NCBI GenBank assembly: GCA_944391725.1
Contig: CALXUQ010000001.1
Location: 17,345-81,344, forward strand
Length of the DNA stretch: 64,000 nucleotides
Direction: 5' to 3'
Origin: an uncultured Alphaproteobacteria bacterium
Lineage (GTDB): Bacteria > Pseudomonadota > Alphaproteobacteria > RF32 > CAG-239
Position numbers and translations under genes: made by a program. The number at the start of each line of letters is the position of its first letter. The stretch's first letter is position 1. Under the pieces are notes generated by a model. That model had not been told where the DNA came from. It worked only from the letters and a program-made list of their open reading frames with translations, and ran no database searches. Of this stretch, positions 48,127 through 57,827 are shown in pieces.

Positions 48127-48296
48127 GCACTCGGGTGAGCCGGGTGCGGAGTGTCGAAACTCCTTATACAGAAAGAAAGCTCCTTGAATGGGGAGCGACC
48201 GGTATAAGTATGTCTTGCGCATAACGAAGAAGGTCGACTGTTTCTGTATACAGTTTCGAACTCCCCGCCTTAGGAAAGCTAGGGCGGTTTCTTTTT
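48127..48296 (+). ncRNA. Conserved structured leader/ncRNA with intrinsic terminator, copy A (unclassified)
   Basis: About 95 percent identical to 62480-62646 outside one helix, which shows compensatory replacement. Ends in CCGCCTTAG-gaaag-CTAGGGCGG plus TTTCTTTTT. Lies 28 nt upstream of the HTH ORF. Confidence 0.65.
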
Positions 48297-48324
48297 AACT
48301 GGAAACCTAAAGGGAGTTTAGAAC

Positions 48325-48573
48325 ATGGGCCATCATCGCAACCGTATTAAAGCTTGGCAAGCCTGTCAAAAAGAGATTGGCGCACAAATCAAAAATATGC
48401 GCTTAGAGTTAGATTTACCTCCACAAATTGCCGCCGAACTTTTGCATATCGGACTAAACCAGCTTTTGTACCTTGAAAACGGCTATATTGGGAAAATGCA
48501 AATTACAGTTCTCCACGCCTTGGCTTATAAATATCACTATAAGTTAAAAATCAGTTTTGAGAAAAAAACATAA
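48325..48573 (+). CDS. XRE-family helix-turn-helix protein (82 aa), copy A
   Basis: AAGGGAG RBS. IGAQIKNMRLELDLPPQIAAELLHIGLNQLLYLENG fits the HTH_XRE pattern. Paralog at 62676..62924. Confidence 0.75.
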   Translation: MGHHRNRIKAWQACQKEIGAQIKNMRLELDLPPQIAAELLHIGLNQLLYLENGYIGKMQITVLHALAYKYHYKLKISFEKKT

Positions 48574-48724
48574 AGTCATCCCTCGTTTTTCAGAGAAAAA
48601 CGTCCAGGGATCTTCCGATTAAAGCGACTAACTCGAAGACCCCTTGACGACTACTAACGTAGTCGAGGGGTGACATTATTTATGTATTAGTCACCCGCTA
48701 GACGAGCTATAAACTCTGGCACTT
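48574..48724 (+). repeat. Conserved structured tail of module A
   Basis: Nearly identical to 62938-63088. Nested hairpins ATCCCT-CGTTTTTC-aga-GAAAAACG-tcc-AGGGAT, TCTTC/GAAGA, CCCCT..GACTAC-taac-GTAGTC..AGGGG and GGGTGAC/GTCACCC. Confidence 0.8.
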
Positions 48725-49066
48725 CTTAAAGGTCGGAGTTTGAGGTTATTAGAGTTCTTTTCAAGGCGAAGAAAATCCTAGCGTATATAGAAATACGTGG
48801 ATTTTCTGAGACCGCAGAAAAGAGCTCTAATAACCCAAAATACGGGCTTTAAAGTTCGGAGAATGAGTCGTATAGAGTAATTTCTAGGGGAGATGACAAT
48901 CCTAGCGTATAATAAGCTCAATCTTTGGCACAAAAAAGTTCGGAGTTTGAGGTTAGTAGAGTTCTTTTCAAGGCGAAGAAAATCCTAGCGTATATAGAAA
49001 TACGTGGATTTTCTGAGACCGCAGAAAAGAGCTCTAATAACCCAAAATACGGGCTTTAAAGTTCGG
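48725..49066 (+). repeat. Hairpin-unit array A: type-1 unit (48725-48853), truncated type-2 unit (48847-48935), type-1 unit (48935-49066)
   Basis: Units share the 5' end CTTAAAG(G/T)TCGGAG, the apex TAGCGTATATAGAAATACGTGG and the 3' end GCTCTAATAACCCAAAATACGGGCTTTAAAG. The two type-1 units are nearly identical. Confidence 0.85.
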
Positions 49067-50921
49067 GGACAGAAGAATGAGTCCTCCTCTCTTCCGCTAC
49101 CGGAGCATCGTCGTTGCGCTCTAACTTCTCGCCTTTGATAACTTGCTTGATTTCATCACCGGTCAAGGTTTCATATTCAATCAAGGCTTCGGCCAAAAGT
49201 TCCCATTCTTTGCGCTTGTCTTGCAAAATCTGCTTGGCTTCATTATAACCCGACATCACCAAAGACTTGATTTCGGCATCCACCAAACGGGCAGTATCTT
49301 CACTCATATTTTTGTTTTGGGTAACCGACTTGCCTAAAAATACTTCACCCGAATTTTCGGCATACAGCACCGGACCGAGCAAATCGCTCATGCCCCATTC
49401 GGTCACCATAGAGCGCGCCAAGTTGGTTGCCGCCGCAATATCCGAAGAAGCTCCGCTGGTCACATCATCTGCCCCAAACTTGATTTCTTCGGCCACACGT
49501 CCACCCATCATAATTGCCAAGCGCGATTTCATTTTCTGCTTCGAATAAGAATATTGGTCTTTTTCGGGCAGTTGTTGCACCATACCCAAAGCCCGTCCCC
49601 GCGGGATAATCGTTGCTTTGTGAATGGGGTCGGTTTCTTTAACATATAGCGAGCAAATCGCATGTCCGGCCTCATGATAAGCAGTGAGTTGTTTTTCTTT
49701 CTCGTCCATCGCCATTGACTTGCGCTCTGAACCCATCATCACCTTATCTTTGGCTTCATCAAAATCCTTAGAAGTAACTTTGTGCTTGTTTTTGCGCGCC
49801 GCTAATAAGGCGGCCTCGTTCACCAAGTTGGCCAAATCTGCCCCCGAAAACCCCGGAGTACCCCGAGCAATTACCGACAAATTAACATCTTTGGCTAAAG
49901 GAACTTTTTTGACATGAACTTTCAAGATTTCTTCCCGACCTTTTTTATCGGGGTTAGAAACCACCACCTGACGGTCAAAACGCCCCGGACGCAGCAAAGC
50001 CGGATCCAAAACATCGGGACGGTTGGTTGCCGCAATCAAAATCACATTTTCATTGTCTTCAAAACCATCCATCTCCACCAACAATTGGTTTAAGGTCTGT
50101 TCGCGTTCATCATTACCGCCGCCGAGTCCGGCTCCACGGTGACGTCCCACCGCATCAATTTCATCAATAAACAACAGGCAAGGAGCATTTTTTTTGGCTT
50201 GAGCAAACATATCCCGCACTCGCGAGGCACCCACACCCACAAACATCTCCACAAAATCTGAACCCGAAATTGAAAAGAACGGCACATTTGCCTCACCGGC
50301 CACGGCTTTAGCAATTAGGGTTTTACCGGTTCCCGGAGGTCCAACCAGCAACACGCCTTTGGGGATTTTGCCGCCCAAACGCTGGAATTTTGCCGGTTCT
50401 TTCAAAAAGTCGATTACCTCTTCGAGTTCTTGTTTGGCCTCATCGGCACCGGCCACATCGTCAAACGTAACTTTTTTGGTATTTTCAATCAACCGCGCAC
50501 GTGATTTTCCAAAACTCATGGCTTTGTTGTTGCCCGAACTGGCCTGACGCATAAAGAAAATCCACACGCCGATTAGCAAAATCATCGGGAACCAAGAAAT
50601 CAGCACTCCCCAAAACGTATTAGCCGAAGTATCTTCCGGACGCGCCTCCACTTTGGCACCGCTATTTCGCAAGGTTTCAATCATGGTCGGGTCATATGGG
50701 GCATAAGTACTAAACTTGGTACCATCGGTTGCCGTACCCATAATATTTGCCCCCTCAATCATCACCTCGCTGATTTGCTTGTTTTCGGCTTTGGTCATAA
50801 AGTCCGAAAAAGCCATTGTCTGATAACCACGACTTTGCGGATTATTGCTAAACATATTCATAATTGCGGAGAGCAGCACAATTGCCACCAGCCAAATAAT
50901 GATACTTTTTCCTGATTTCAT
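49056..50921 (-). CDS. ftsH: ATP-dependent zinc metalloprotease FtsH
   Basis: 621 aa. GPPGTGKT Walker A. HEAGHA zinc motif. Two N-terminal TM segments. Confidence 0.97.
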   Translation of the reverse strand: MKSGKSIIIWLVAIVLLSAIMNMFSNNPQSRGYQTMAFSDFMTKAENKQISEVMIEGANIMGTATDGTKFSTYAPYDPTMIETLRNSGAKVEARPEDTSANTFWGVLISWFPMILLIGVWIFFMRQASSGNNKAMSFGKSRARLIENTKKVTFDDVAGADEAKQELEEVIDFLKEPAKFQRLGGKIPKGVLLVGPPGTGKTLIAKAVAGEANVPFFSISGSDFVEMFVGVGASRVRDMFAQAKKNAPCLLFIDEIDAVGRHRGAGLGGGNDEREQTLNQLLVEMDGFEDNENVILIAATNRPDVLDPALLRPGRFDRQVVVSNPDKKGREEILKVHVKKVPLAKDVNLSVIARGTPGFSGADLANLVNEAALLAARKNKHKVTSKDFDEAKDKVMMGSERKSMAMDEKEKQLTAYHEAGHAICSLYVKETDPIHKATIIPRGRALGMVQQLPEKDQYSYSKQKMKSRLAIMMGGRVAEEIKFGADDVTSGASSDIAAATNLARSMVTEWGMSDLLGPVLYAENSGEVFLGKSVTQNKNMSEDTARLVDAEIKSLVMSGYNEAKQILQDKRKEWELLAEALIEYETLTGDEIKQVIKGEKLERNDDAPVAEERRTHSSVPEL

Positions 50922-51007
50922 TACATTTCCTCTAAAGATTTTATTCTTTATATAGATATAAAGTCAAATCCCCCAAAACACAATAGCGATTTTCAACTTA
51001 GGCCACC

Positions 51008-51042
51008 AAAAAACTGCCGTTGATATAAGCGGCAGTTTTTTT
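51008..51042. terminator. Bidirectional terminator between trxA and ftsH
   Basis: AAAAAACTGCCG-ttgatataag-CGGCAGTTTTTTT. Confidence 0.8.
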
Positions 51043-51066
51043 GAGTTAAGTAATTGAGGTTAAAAC

Positions 51067-51381
51067 TTAGCAGTATTGATTAATCCAAGCTTCCAAAGTG
51101 GCCTTAGAGTTCAGACCTACTTTCGTATCCACCTGTTTACCGTCTTTAAATAAGAACATGGTCGGAATACTGCGGATTCCATAACCATTAGCAGTATTTG
51201 GAGCTTCATCGACATTCATTTTGCAGATTTTGACTTTGTCACCCATCGACTTGGAAACTTCTTCCAAAATGGGACCCAACTGGCGGCAAGGTCCGCACCA
51301 TTCTGCCCAAAAGTCGACCAACACCAAACCTTTAGACTTCAAAACCTCGGATTCGAACTGGCTGTCATTGATAGATTGCAT
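51067..51381 (-). CDS. trxA: Thioredoxin
   Basis: 104 aa with the WAEWCGPC active site. Confidence 0.95.
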   Translation of the reverse strand: MQSINDSQFESEVLKSKGLVLVDFWAEWCGPCRQLGPILEEVSKSMGDKVKICKMNVDEAPNTANGYGIRSIPTMFLFKDGKQVDTKVGLNSKATLEAWINQYC

Positions 51382-51473
51382 GATATATTCCTTTCTTGTC
51401 TGAGTAATCGCGTTTCTTCTAATATAGTGTATAATTTTGTGAGATTAAAGAGGAATTGTTATAAAAATGCATT

Positions 51474-54400
51474 TTATTTCACCCGCATCAAATTTGCCGT
51501 ATCGGTCCACAAAATAAAAGTCGAAATTTTCTTGCCCGGATATACCGCCGATAACAAAGATTTATAAGCCTTGAGCTGGCTGATATAAGCTTTTGGCACT
51601 TCGCTAAGCGAGTTTGCGGCCGGACGATTGGTTTTATAATCCACCACCATCACCTCACTTGGCATCACCACCAAACGGTCCACCTGACCGGAAATAATTT
51701 TGCCCTCGGCTAATCCCATAATCGGCACTTCAGCCTGAGATTGCGGTGAAAACAGTGGAGCAAATTCCGGATTTTCAATTAGCTCTGCCACTTCCTCGCA
51801 GATTCGTTCTTGTTCAGACTGAGGCAGCTCTGCCGCATTTTTCTTCACAAACTCACGCATCAGTTCTCGCTTGTTCTCATCTCCGGCCAGTGGCACAAAT
51901 TGCAACAATTTATGGATAATCAAACCGCGCCGATATCGATTCGCTCCTTTTTTGCCGAGTGGCGAAAACAGAGCCGGTTCATCTTCTTCCATTTTGGAAG
52001 GCGCCAACGGCCGCGCTAGAGCCCCTTCTTCGGGCGCCGGCCGGTAAATCCAGTCAAATTCGGGACGGGTTAATTCTTGGACTATCGGAGCTTTTTTACT
52101 TTCGGGTTCAATTTGTTGCTCGGAGCAATAAGTAATTGCACCGCTATCATCACTTTGCCCAATGCTGCTAAGAGATTCTTTACAAATCTCATACCAAGAT
52201 TCCGCACTGGGTTTACTTTTTTGGCTCTTATAATAACCGCAAATACATAACCTATCCTCGGCACGGGTCAAAGCCACATATAACAAGCGCCGATATTCTT
52301 CCAAAGTGGCAACTTTTTCAGCTTGTTTAATTTTCTTGCAGTTGCTTTCATAATCTTTGGAAGATAACGGGTAATAAAATACCTCATCCCACAACATATC
52401 AGATTCGTTTTTAACTTGAGGCACTCTGACCGTATCTGGCAAAATCACCACCGGCGCCTGCAAACCTTTGGAACCATGCACCGTCATTACCCGAACTGCA
52501 TCAGCATCGCTTTGCTCCAGCTCCCGTTTGATTTCCACTTCATCTTTGGACATCCAATCCACAAATCCTTGCAAATCGGGAATATGCTCTTGCTCAAAAT
52601 TAAGTGTAAGGTTCACAAACTCATCCAAACCATCTTCGGCCTCGGGTCCCAAACGCGAGACAAATTTTTTCCGCCCCTCAAGCTTACTCAACACATGGGC
52701 ATATAGCTCAAACGGACGCACTTTTTCAGCTAAAGAACATAAATCTGCCAAACAGCTATATTCTTGAGCGTATTTGAGATTGGAACCCAAACTGCTCCAG
52801 AGCGAAACCACGTTTTCCCGCGGATAGCACAAATCAAACAAATCATCATCATCAAGCCCGAACAATGGCGATTTCAGCACTTCGGCCAAAGAAAGGTCAT
52901 CACTTGGCAGCAACAAAAATTTTCCGAGCGAAACCAAATCTTGCACCGCAATTTGTTCCGAGAGTTTAATTTTATCCACGCCGGCAATCGCCACTCCGGC
53001 ATTTTTACAAGCCCGCACCAGCTCTTCCACAAAACTGTTGCGCCGCTGTACCAAAATCATAAAATCGCGATACCGCAACGGACGATTTTGCGACAGTAAA
53101 ATTTCACCGCCCTCCACCAAATTACGAATTTTTAGTGCAATTTCTTTGGCCAAGCGCGAACTGGTAGATTCGGTCACCACTCTTTCAACCGGAGGCTGCC
53201 ACACATCGGGGTTTTCGCCTTCTTGCGGCTCGGTTAGAGGCCAAAATTCAATTTTTCCGGCATCACCGATTCGAAACGGGATATGCGTAATATCTTCACT
53301 TTCTTCCGCCACTCCGGGCTTATATTGCGGATTCGAAAACACCACATTAACTGCATCTAAGACCGCCGAGGTGGAGCGGAAAGAAACTTCCAAATTCACC
53401 TCATCAAAAGTATCGCTTTCCGCTAAGATTTCGGCAAAATACTTTCGCATCCGCTCAAATTCTTTGGGCTCTGCACCTTGGAAACTATAGATAGATTGCT
53501 TTTTATCACCCACCGCAAAAACCGTGCGTCGTTTTTCTCCGGCTCCGATATCATCAAAGAACCCCGCACTCAAAGCCTTGACAATTGCCCACTGATCCGG
53601 AGAGGTATCCTGTGCCTCATCAATTAAGATATTATCAATACCGCCATCAAGCTTAAACATCACCCACTGCGGCACTTGCGGACTATCCAAAAGTTTGCGG
53701 GTCAGCACAATCAAATCCTCATAATCGAGCTTTGAATGCTGGGCCTTAAATTGGTTATAGCCGCCAATTAAATCTTCTGCCAAATACAACACTGCTTTGG
53801 TCGATTCGAGCAAATGAACCGCGGTGAGTTTATCATAAAGCTGTTGCAAACGAACTGCCTCCGCTAGCGCCACCACAGGCAATTCGGGATAAAAAGCCAC
53901 CGCATCTTTAGTTCCGAAGCGTGCCGGAAGTTCGTTTCCTTTGTTCAAAAAACACTGCCGATATGCCTCCAAATTATCCGCCACATCTCTGTTTTCAAGC
54001 AACTTAAATATGGTTTCGGCTTTCGCATTATCGGTCTTTGCCCCATGTTGCCAAGCTTCCGCCAAATTGCGCAAAATGTTCCAATCAATATGGTCGGCAA
54101 ATTCACCAATCAACGCTTCTTCCGTGCTGGTTGGTGAGATTCCCATACGGCGGGCCAACTCATTTATGACGGCATCAGGAGTTTTATATTTAGCAAACAT
54201 CCGCGAAATTTTGTTACGCGAGTTAGCAATCGCACTCATAATTTTCGGAAAAGAAAATTCACTCACCTTTCCGGTTAAAAACGACATTGCCTGCGCCGCC
54301 CGACTTTGCGGATTGTTCTCAATTTCAGCCAGCAACTTGCGGCGCACCTCATCTAATGCCTCTGCGGCCAAACGATCATCCATCACCTCAAAATAAGGCG

Positions 54401-54866
54401 AGATATGAGCTTCAATCGGAAATCGTTTCAAAATTTCCTGGCAAAAACTATGAATGGTCTGAATTTTCATTCCGCCCGGAGTGTCTAACAAAACTGCAAA
54501 CAAACGTCTGGCCTTGTCTTCCAACTGGGCTAAATCTTGCGGATTGTCGGGTAAATCCCCCAGCAGCTTTTTCAGTTCCTTATCAAGCTTTTCGGTTGGC
54601 ATCACCGCCCAAGCGCTTAAACGAGCCGAAATACGTTGACTCATTTCCACCGCCGCCGCTTTCGTATAAGTCAAACACAAAATCCGCCCCGGCAAACAAC
54701 CACTAAGCAAAATCCGCAAAACCCTATCAGAAAGCACTTTGGTTTTTCCGGTTCCGGCCGATGCCTGCACCCATACCGATTTTTGCGGATTTGAGGCTTT
54801 GCGCTGTTGTGCGGTCGCCAGTTCTCCACGTTTTTCTCGGCTTTGTTTAATTGTTGCTTGCTCCAT
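51474..54866 (-). CDS. addA: Double-strand break repair helicase AddA (UvrD-type helicase plus C-terminal nuclease)
   Basis: 1130 aa. ASAGTGKT Walker A. C-terminal GQVDRLVV...VVDYKTNR PD-(D/E)XK motif. Confidence 0.9.
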   Translation of the reverse strand: MEQATIKQSREKRGELATAQQRKASNPQKSVWVQASAGTGKTKVLSDRVLRILLSGCLPGRILCLTYTKAAAVEMSQRISARLSAWAVMPTEKLDKELKKLLGDLPDNPQDLAQLEDKARRLFAVLLDTPGGMKIQTIHSFCQEILKRFPIEAHISPYFEVMDDRLAAEALDEVRRKLLAEIENNPQSRAAQAMSFLTGKVSEFSFPKIMSAIANSRNKISRMFAKYKTPDAVINELARRMGISPTSTEEALIGEFADHIDWNILRNLAEAWQHGAKTDNAKAETIFKLLENRDVADNLEAYRQCFLNKGNELPARFGTKDAVAFYPELPVVALAEAVRLQQLYDKLTAVHLLESTKAVLYLAEDLIGGYNQFKAQHSKLDYEDLIVLTRKLLDSPQVPQWVMFKLDGGIDNILIDEAQDTSPDQWAIVKALSAGFFDDIGAGEKRRTVFAVGDKKQSIYSFQGAEPKEFERMRKYFAEILAESDTFDEVNLEVSFRSTSAVLDAVNVVFSNPQYKPGVAEESEDITHIPFRIGDAGKIEFWPLTEPQEGENPDVWQPPVERVVTESTSSRLAKEIALKIRNLVEGGEILLSQNRPLRYRDFMILVQRRNSFVEELVRACKNAGVAIAGVDKIKLSEQIAVQDLVSLGKFLLLPSDDLSLAEVLKSPLFGLDDDDLFDLCYPRENVVSLWSSLGSNLKYAQEYSCLADLCSLAEKVRPFELYAHVLSKLEGRKKFVSRLGPEAEDGLDEFVNLTLNFEQEHIPDLQGFVDWMSKDEVEIKRELEQSDADAVRVMTVHGSKGLQAPVVILPDTVRVPQVKNESDMLWDEVFYYPLSSKDYESNCKKIKQAEKVATLEEYRRLLYVALTRAEDRLCICGYYKSQKSKPSAESWYEICKESLSSIGQSDDSGAITYCSEQQIEPESKKAPIVQELTRPEFDWIYRPAPEEGALARPLAPSKMEEDEPALFSPLGKKGANRYRRGLIIHKLLQFVPLAGDENKRELMREFVKKNAAELPQSEQERICEEVAELIENPEFAPLFSPQSQAEVPIMGLAEGKIISGQVDRLVVMPSEVMVVDYKTNRPAANSLSEVPKAYISQLKAYKSLLSAVYPGKKISTFILWTDTANLMRVK

Positions 54867-54871
54867 TAGTA

Positions 54872-57754
54872 CTAACTCTCACTCTCATCAGCCACAACCG
54901 ACCATTCTCTCACCCGCGCCAAATGCTCATAATCCGAATATTCCGGCAACCGCTTTGGATTCGGCTGACAAACATAAGGCGTAGTTTCAAATTCAAATAA
55001 ATTAACCAGCTTTTGCAACCGCTCATAGGTGTTATCAAGTAGTTGGTTCATGTCTTTATCAATAATGGTTTCTTGCTTGGCTAACTGCCAGTAAATCAGT
55101 TTATCCACTTCTCGGGCATTAAGCTTGCCAAATCCACCGCTCCGCGCAATCAAGCCCTCAATCGGCAATTGGGGCGCATATCCGGCTCTAACCTCGGTTT
55201 CTTTGCGGGCTTTTCCGGTTTTATAATCAATAATGTTATATTTTCCATCTATGGTTTCATCAACCCGATCGGCAATTGCCGTAACCTTAAAACCGCGCGG
55301 CGTCACGATTTCTACTTCCCCGCGCACTTCATTATGCACTTGTGCCACATTCGGACGATAAGTTTTTTCTTGTTCCAAAATCCAGTCAATGCTTTTTATA
55401 AAATTCGGCCACCAAAAAGCTTTGGTTTCTGAGGCAATCTGATTTTGTTTGAAATAAACCTCACCAAGTTTAATCAGCTCCTCGCGAGCATTATCCGGCA
55501 GTTGTTTTGGATATTTGTTGTTAAACTGCTGTAAAATAGCATGAATGATTGTTCCGTAATCAGCCGGTGTCAATTCACGGTCCAGCTCATCTAGAGGTTT
55601 GAGTTTGAGGATATATTTTGCAAAAATCGCATAAGGATCACGCATCCACATCTCAATTGCACTGGCCGAAAGTTCTCGCGGACGAGCTTCAAGCGGCGGC
55701 ATCGGCTGAGGCGGATTAATCGGCACAACCCTTTGCGGCCGATCCAAATGCTTGGCCCACAAACGATACACCGCATTTTCCAAACTTTGCGGCTCAATGT
55801 TAAGTGCTTTTAAGACTGTTTCCAAACGCAACCACCAGCGCGATTTTACCATCGGCGTCCCTTGCACTCTCTCGGCTCTGGTCAAATAGACTTCCTCTCC
55901 GGCCAAGAGCTGACTAAAATCAAAAGCATTAACCCCAATCTCTCGCTCCGGTAACGGAAAGCCGAAATCTTTCTTCATCGGGCGCGACATCCACGGGTCA
56001 GAACCGGCCGCTTTCGGCCAAATTCCTTCATTGACTTCGCCAATAATCGTCACATCAAAATGGTTTAAGCGCGCCTCAATCGGCCCCAAAATTTTTAACC
56101 GCGGATGCATACCGAATTTCGGCCGCACATTTATCGAAATCATCAAAGTTTCGAGCAAACCGGCATATTCTTGCGGGTTAATCTCGCCCAAGACCTCCGC
56201 TTGCTCGTCTAAATCTGCCACCAAACGGGCTGCTGCTTCTCCGTCATCTCCGCCCCACAAAATTTGCGCTCCGTCTTTTCCCGGACGCGAGGCCAGTTTT
56301 TCAGCTGTTTTAATATGGCAGGTCAGTAGTTCCTTGAAATCCACTTTGCTTTGCGATAACAACAAAGCCAAATCGGCCAAAATAGCTTGTGCAGATACTT
56401 CAAATTGGGATAACTGCTCATCTTCTTGCCCTCGCCGCCACACTTTTTTCTCCAAACGGCGGATAAGCTGACGCAATTCGCCATATTCTTGCCCCATACA
56501 ACAAAGCGGATTTTTCCAAAGCTCGGCTAAATATAATTTTTTATCTGCTGTCGCCGCTTGCACAATCTGCCGCAAAAAGATACCCACTTCCGAAAGCGCC
56601 AAAGGCTTTCCGGCCGAATCATCAACTTGGACATTCCAGCGCTCCAGCTCATTTGCCACCCGTCGGGCCAAATTTCTGTCTTGGGTCACCAAAGCCGCCG
56701 TCTTGCCTTCTTCTTCCAAAGTTTCGCGCATAATGAGGGCAATTGCCAAAGCTTCTTCTCTAATGTCGGCACAGTTAATCAGATTGATTCCGCCCCAAGC
56801 CTGCGGCGAAAAACTCTGGCTTGGAAGTTCGCGCCATTTTTCGCTTGAGAGAGCCGGACGCATCACCTCGGCAATAAACCTTTCCGCTTCCAGATTCGCC
56901 GCCGGACGTAAATCTTGAACTTCATGGCGATTAACCTCAAGATAATCCAACAGTTCTTTAAGCTCAAATTGAGGATGAGTTTCATCAACCATCTGCCAAT
57001 CCTCATCACTCAAAAACTTGTCTAAGCCTGCCAAATAAAGTTCGCCGTTTTCAAGACCCAACACGGTCGCCACCAATTTTTTCATCGCCGGAAAGGCGGC
57101 CGTTGTTCCCGCAATCACGATCCGCCCTTGGGGTCGGTTTTGTTGCCAAATCTCGCTTTGTGCCTCAAGTAGACGGTTGCGGCGCAAACTGGCATCAATC
57201 AGTTGGCGCTCTTCTAAAATCTGCGGCCAAAAGTGAGTAATGATTTTGAGAAATTTCAGAGTATCTTGCCAGTGAGCGGCATAATCTTCAGGTACCAAAT
57301 TTTCTAAGTTATCAAAACTGAGCTGTTTGTTATTGACCATATCAATCAAACCGCCCAGCTCTTGAGCCAAAGCGCAAGCCTGCGCCAAAGACATTTTCTC
57401 CACCCCAAACTCTGCGGGCTTAGCCATAATAATCCGCACAAACAACAACAAGCGCTCGGTTGTCCCGATAGCCGGACACATACCGCTCAGCAATTCGCGT
57501 GCATTTCCGCCGGTTAGGAATAGTTCTTCGTCTTCCACCTCGCCGATTGGCATCATCTTAGGCAAGAGCATTGGGGTCAAACCCCGCAAACGCACAAAAG
57601 CTTCTTTCATGCTTCGCACCGCCCGACGATTCGGCAGCAGCAACAATACCTTAGAAAGCTCCGGCAAATCGGACTGATATTCTTCCAACAAATGCTCGGC
57701 TAAAGTTTCGGAAAACCCCAAAGAAGAAGGTATATTATAAATTTTTTTGTTCAT
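54872..57754 (-). CDS. addB: Double-strand break repair protein AddB (alphaproteobacterial type)
   Basis: ATG at 57754 (MNKKIYNIPSS). C-terminal ADRVDE...IIDYKTGK nuclease motif. Directly upstream of addA. Confidence 0.85.
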   Translation of the reverse strand: MNKKIYNIPSSLGFSETLAEHLLEEYQSDLPELSKVLLLLPNRRAVRSMKEAFVRLRGLTPMLLPKMMPIGEVEDEELFLTGGNARELLSGMCPAIGTTERLLLFVRIIMAKPAEFGVEKMSLAQACALAQELGGLIDMVNNKQLSFDNLENLVPEDYAAHWQDTLKFLKIITHFWPQILEERQLIDASLRRNRLLEAQSEIWQQNRPQGRIVIAGTTAAFPAMKKLVATVLGLENGELYLAGLDKFLSDEDWQMVDETHPQFELKELLDYLEVNRHEVQDLRPAANLEAERFIAEVMRPALSSEKWRELPSQSFSPQAWGGINLINCADIREEALAIALIMRETLEEEGKTAALVTQDRNLARRVANELERWNVQVDDSAGKPLALSEVGIFLRQIVQAATADKKLYLAELWKNPLCCMGQEYGELRQLIRRLEKKVWRRGQEDEQLSQFEVSAQAILADLALLLSQSKVDFKELLTCHIKTAEKLASRPGKDGAQILWGGDDGEAAARLVADLDEQAEVLGEINPQEYAGLLETLMISINVRPKFGMHPRLKILGPIEARLNHFDVTIIGEVNEGIWPKAAGSDPWMSRPMKKDFGFPLPEREIGVNAFDFSQLLAGEEVYLTRAERVQGTPMVKSRWWLRLETVLKALNIEPQSLENAVYRLWAKHLDRPQRVVPINPPQPMPPLEARPRELSASAIEMWMRDPYAIFAKYILKLKPLDELDRELTPADYGTIIHAILQQFNNKYPKQLPDNAREELIKLGEVYFKQNQIASETKAFWWPNFIKSIDWILEQEKTYRPNVAQVHNEVRGEVEIVTPRGFKVTAIADRVDETIDGKYNIIDYKTGKARKETEVRAGYAPQLPIEGLIARSGGFGKLNAREVDKLIYWQLAKQETIIDKDMNQLLDNTYERLQKLVNLFEFETTPYVCQPNPKRLPEYSDYEHLARVREWSVVADESES

Positions 57755-57827
57755 AACGCGAGTGTAAAACAATCTGATGATTAGTCAACAAAAAAGGTCT
57801 TCCGCACTAGCGGAAAACCTTATTTTA

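Noticed and set aside
48127-48296. Leader RNA as tmRNA, group II intron fragment, T-box or retron msr/msd
   Set aside because: There is no tRNA-like acceptor or CCA end and no tag ORF. The GTGCG at 48143 is not followed by intron domains or an IEP. There is no specifier-loop/T-box motif and no aminoacyl-tRNA synthetase downstream. There is no reverse transcriptase gene. Identity remains open.
48725-49066. Hairpin-unit arrays as CRISPR arrays
   Set aside because: Units are 90-200 nt long hairpins that abut each other directly. There are no short constant repeats alternating with unique spacers, and no cas genes in the window.
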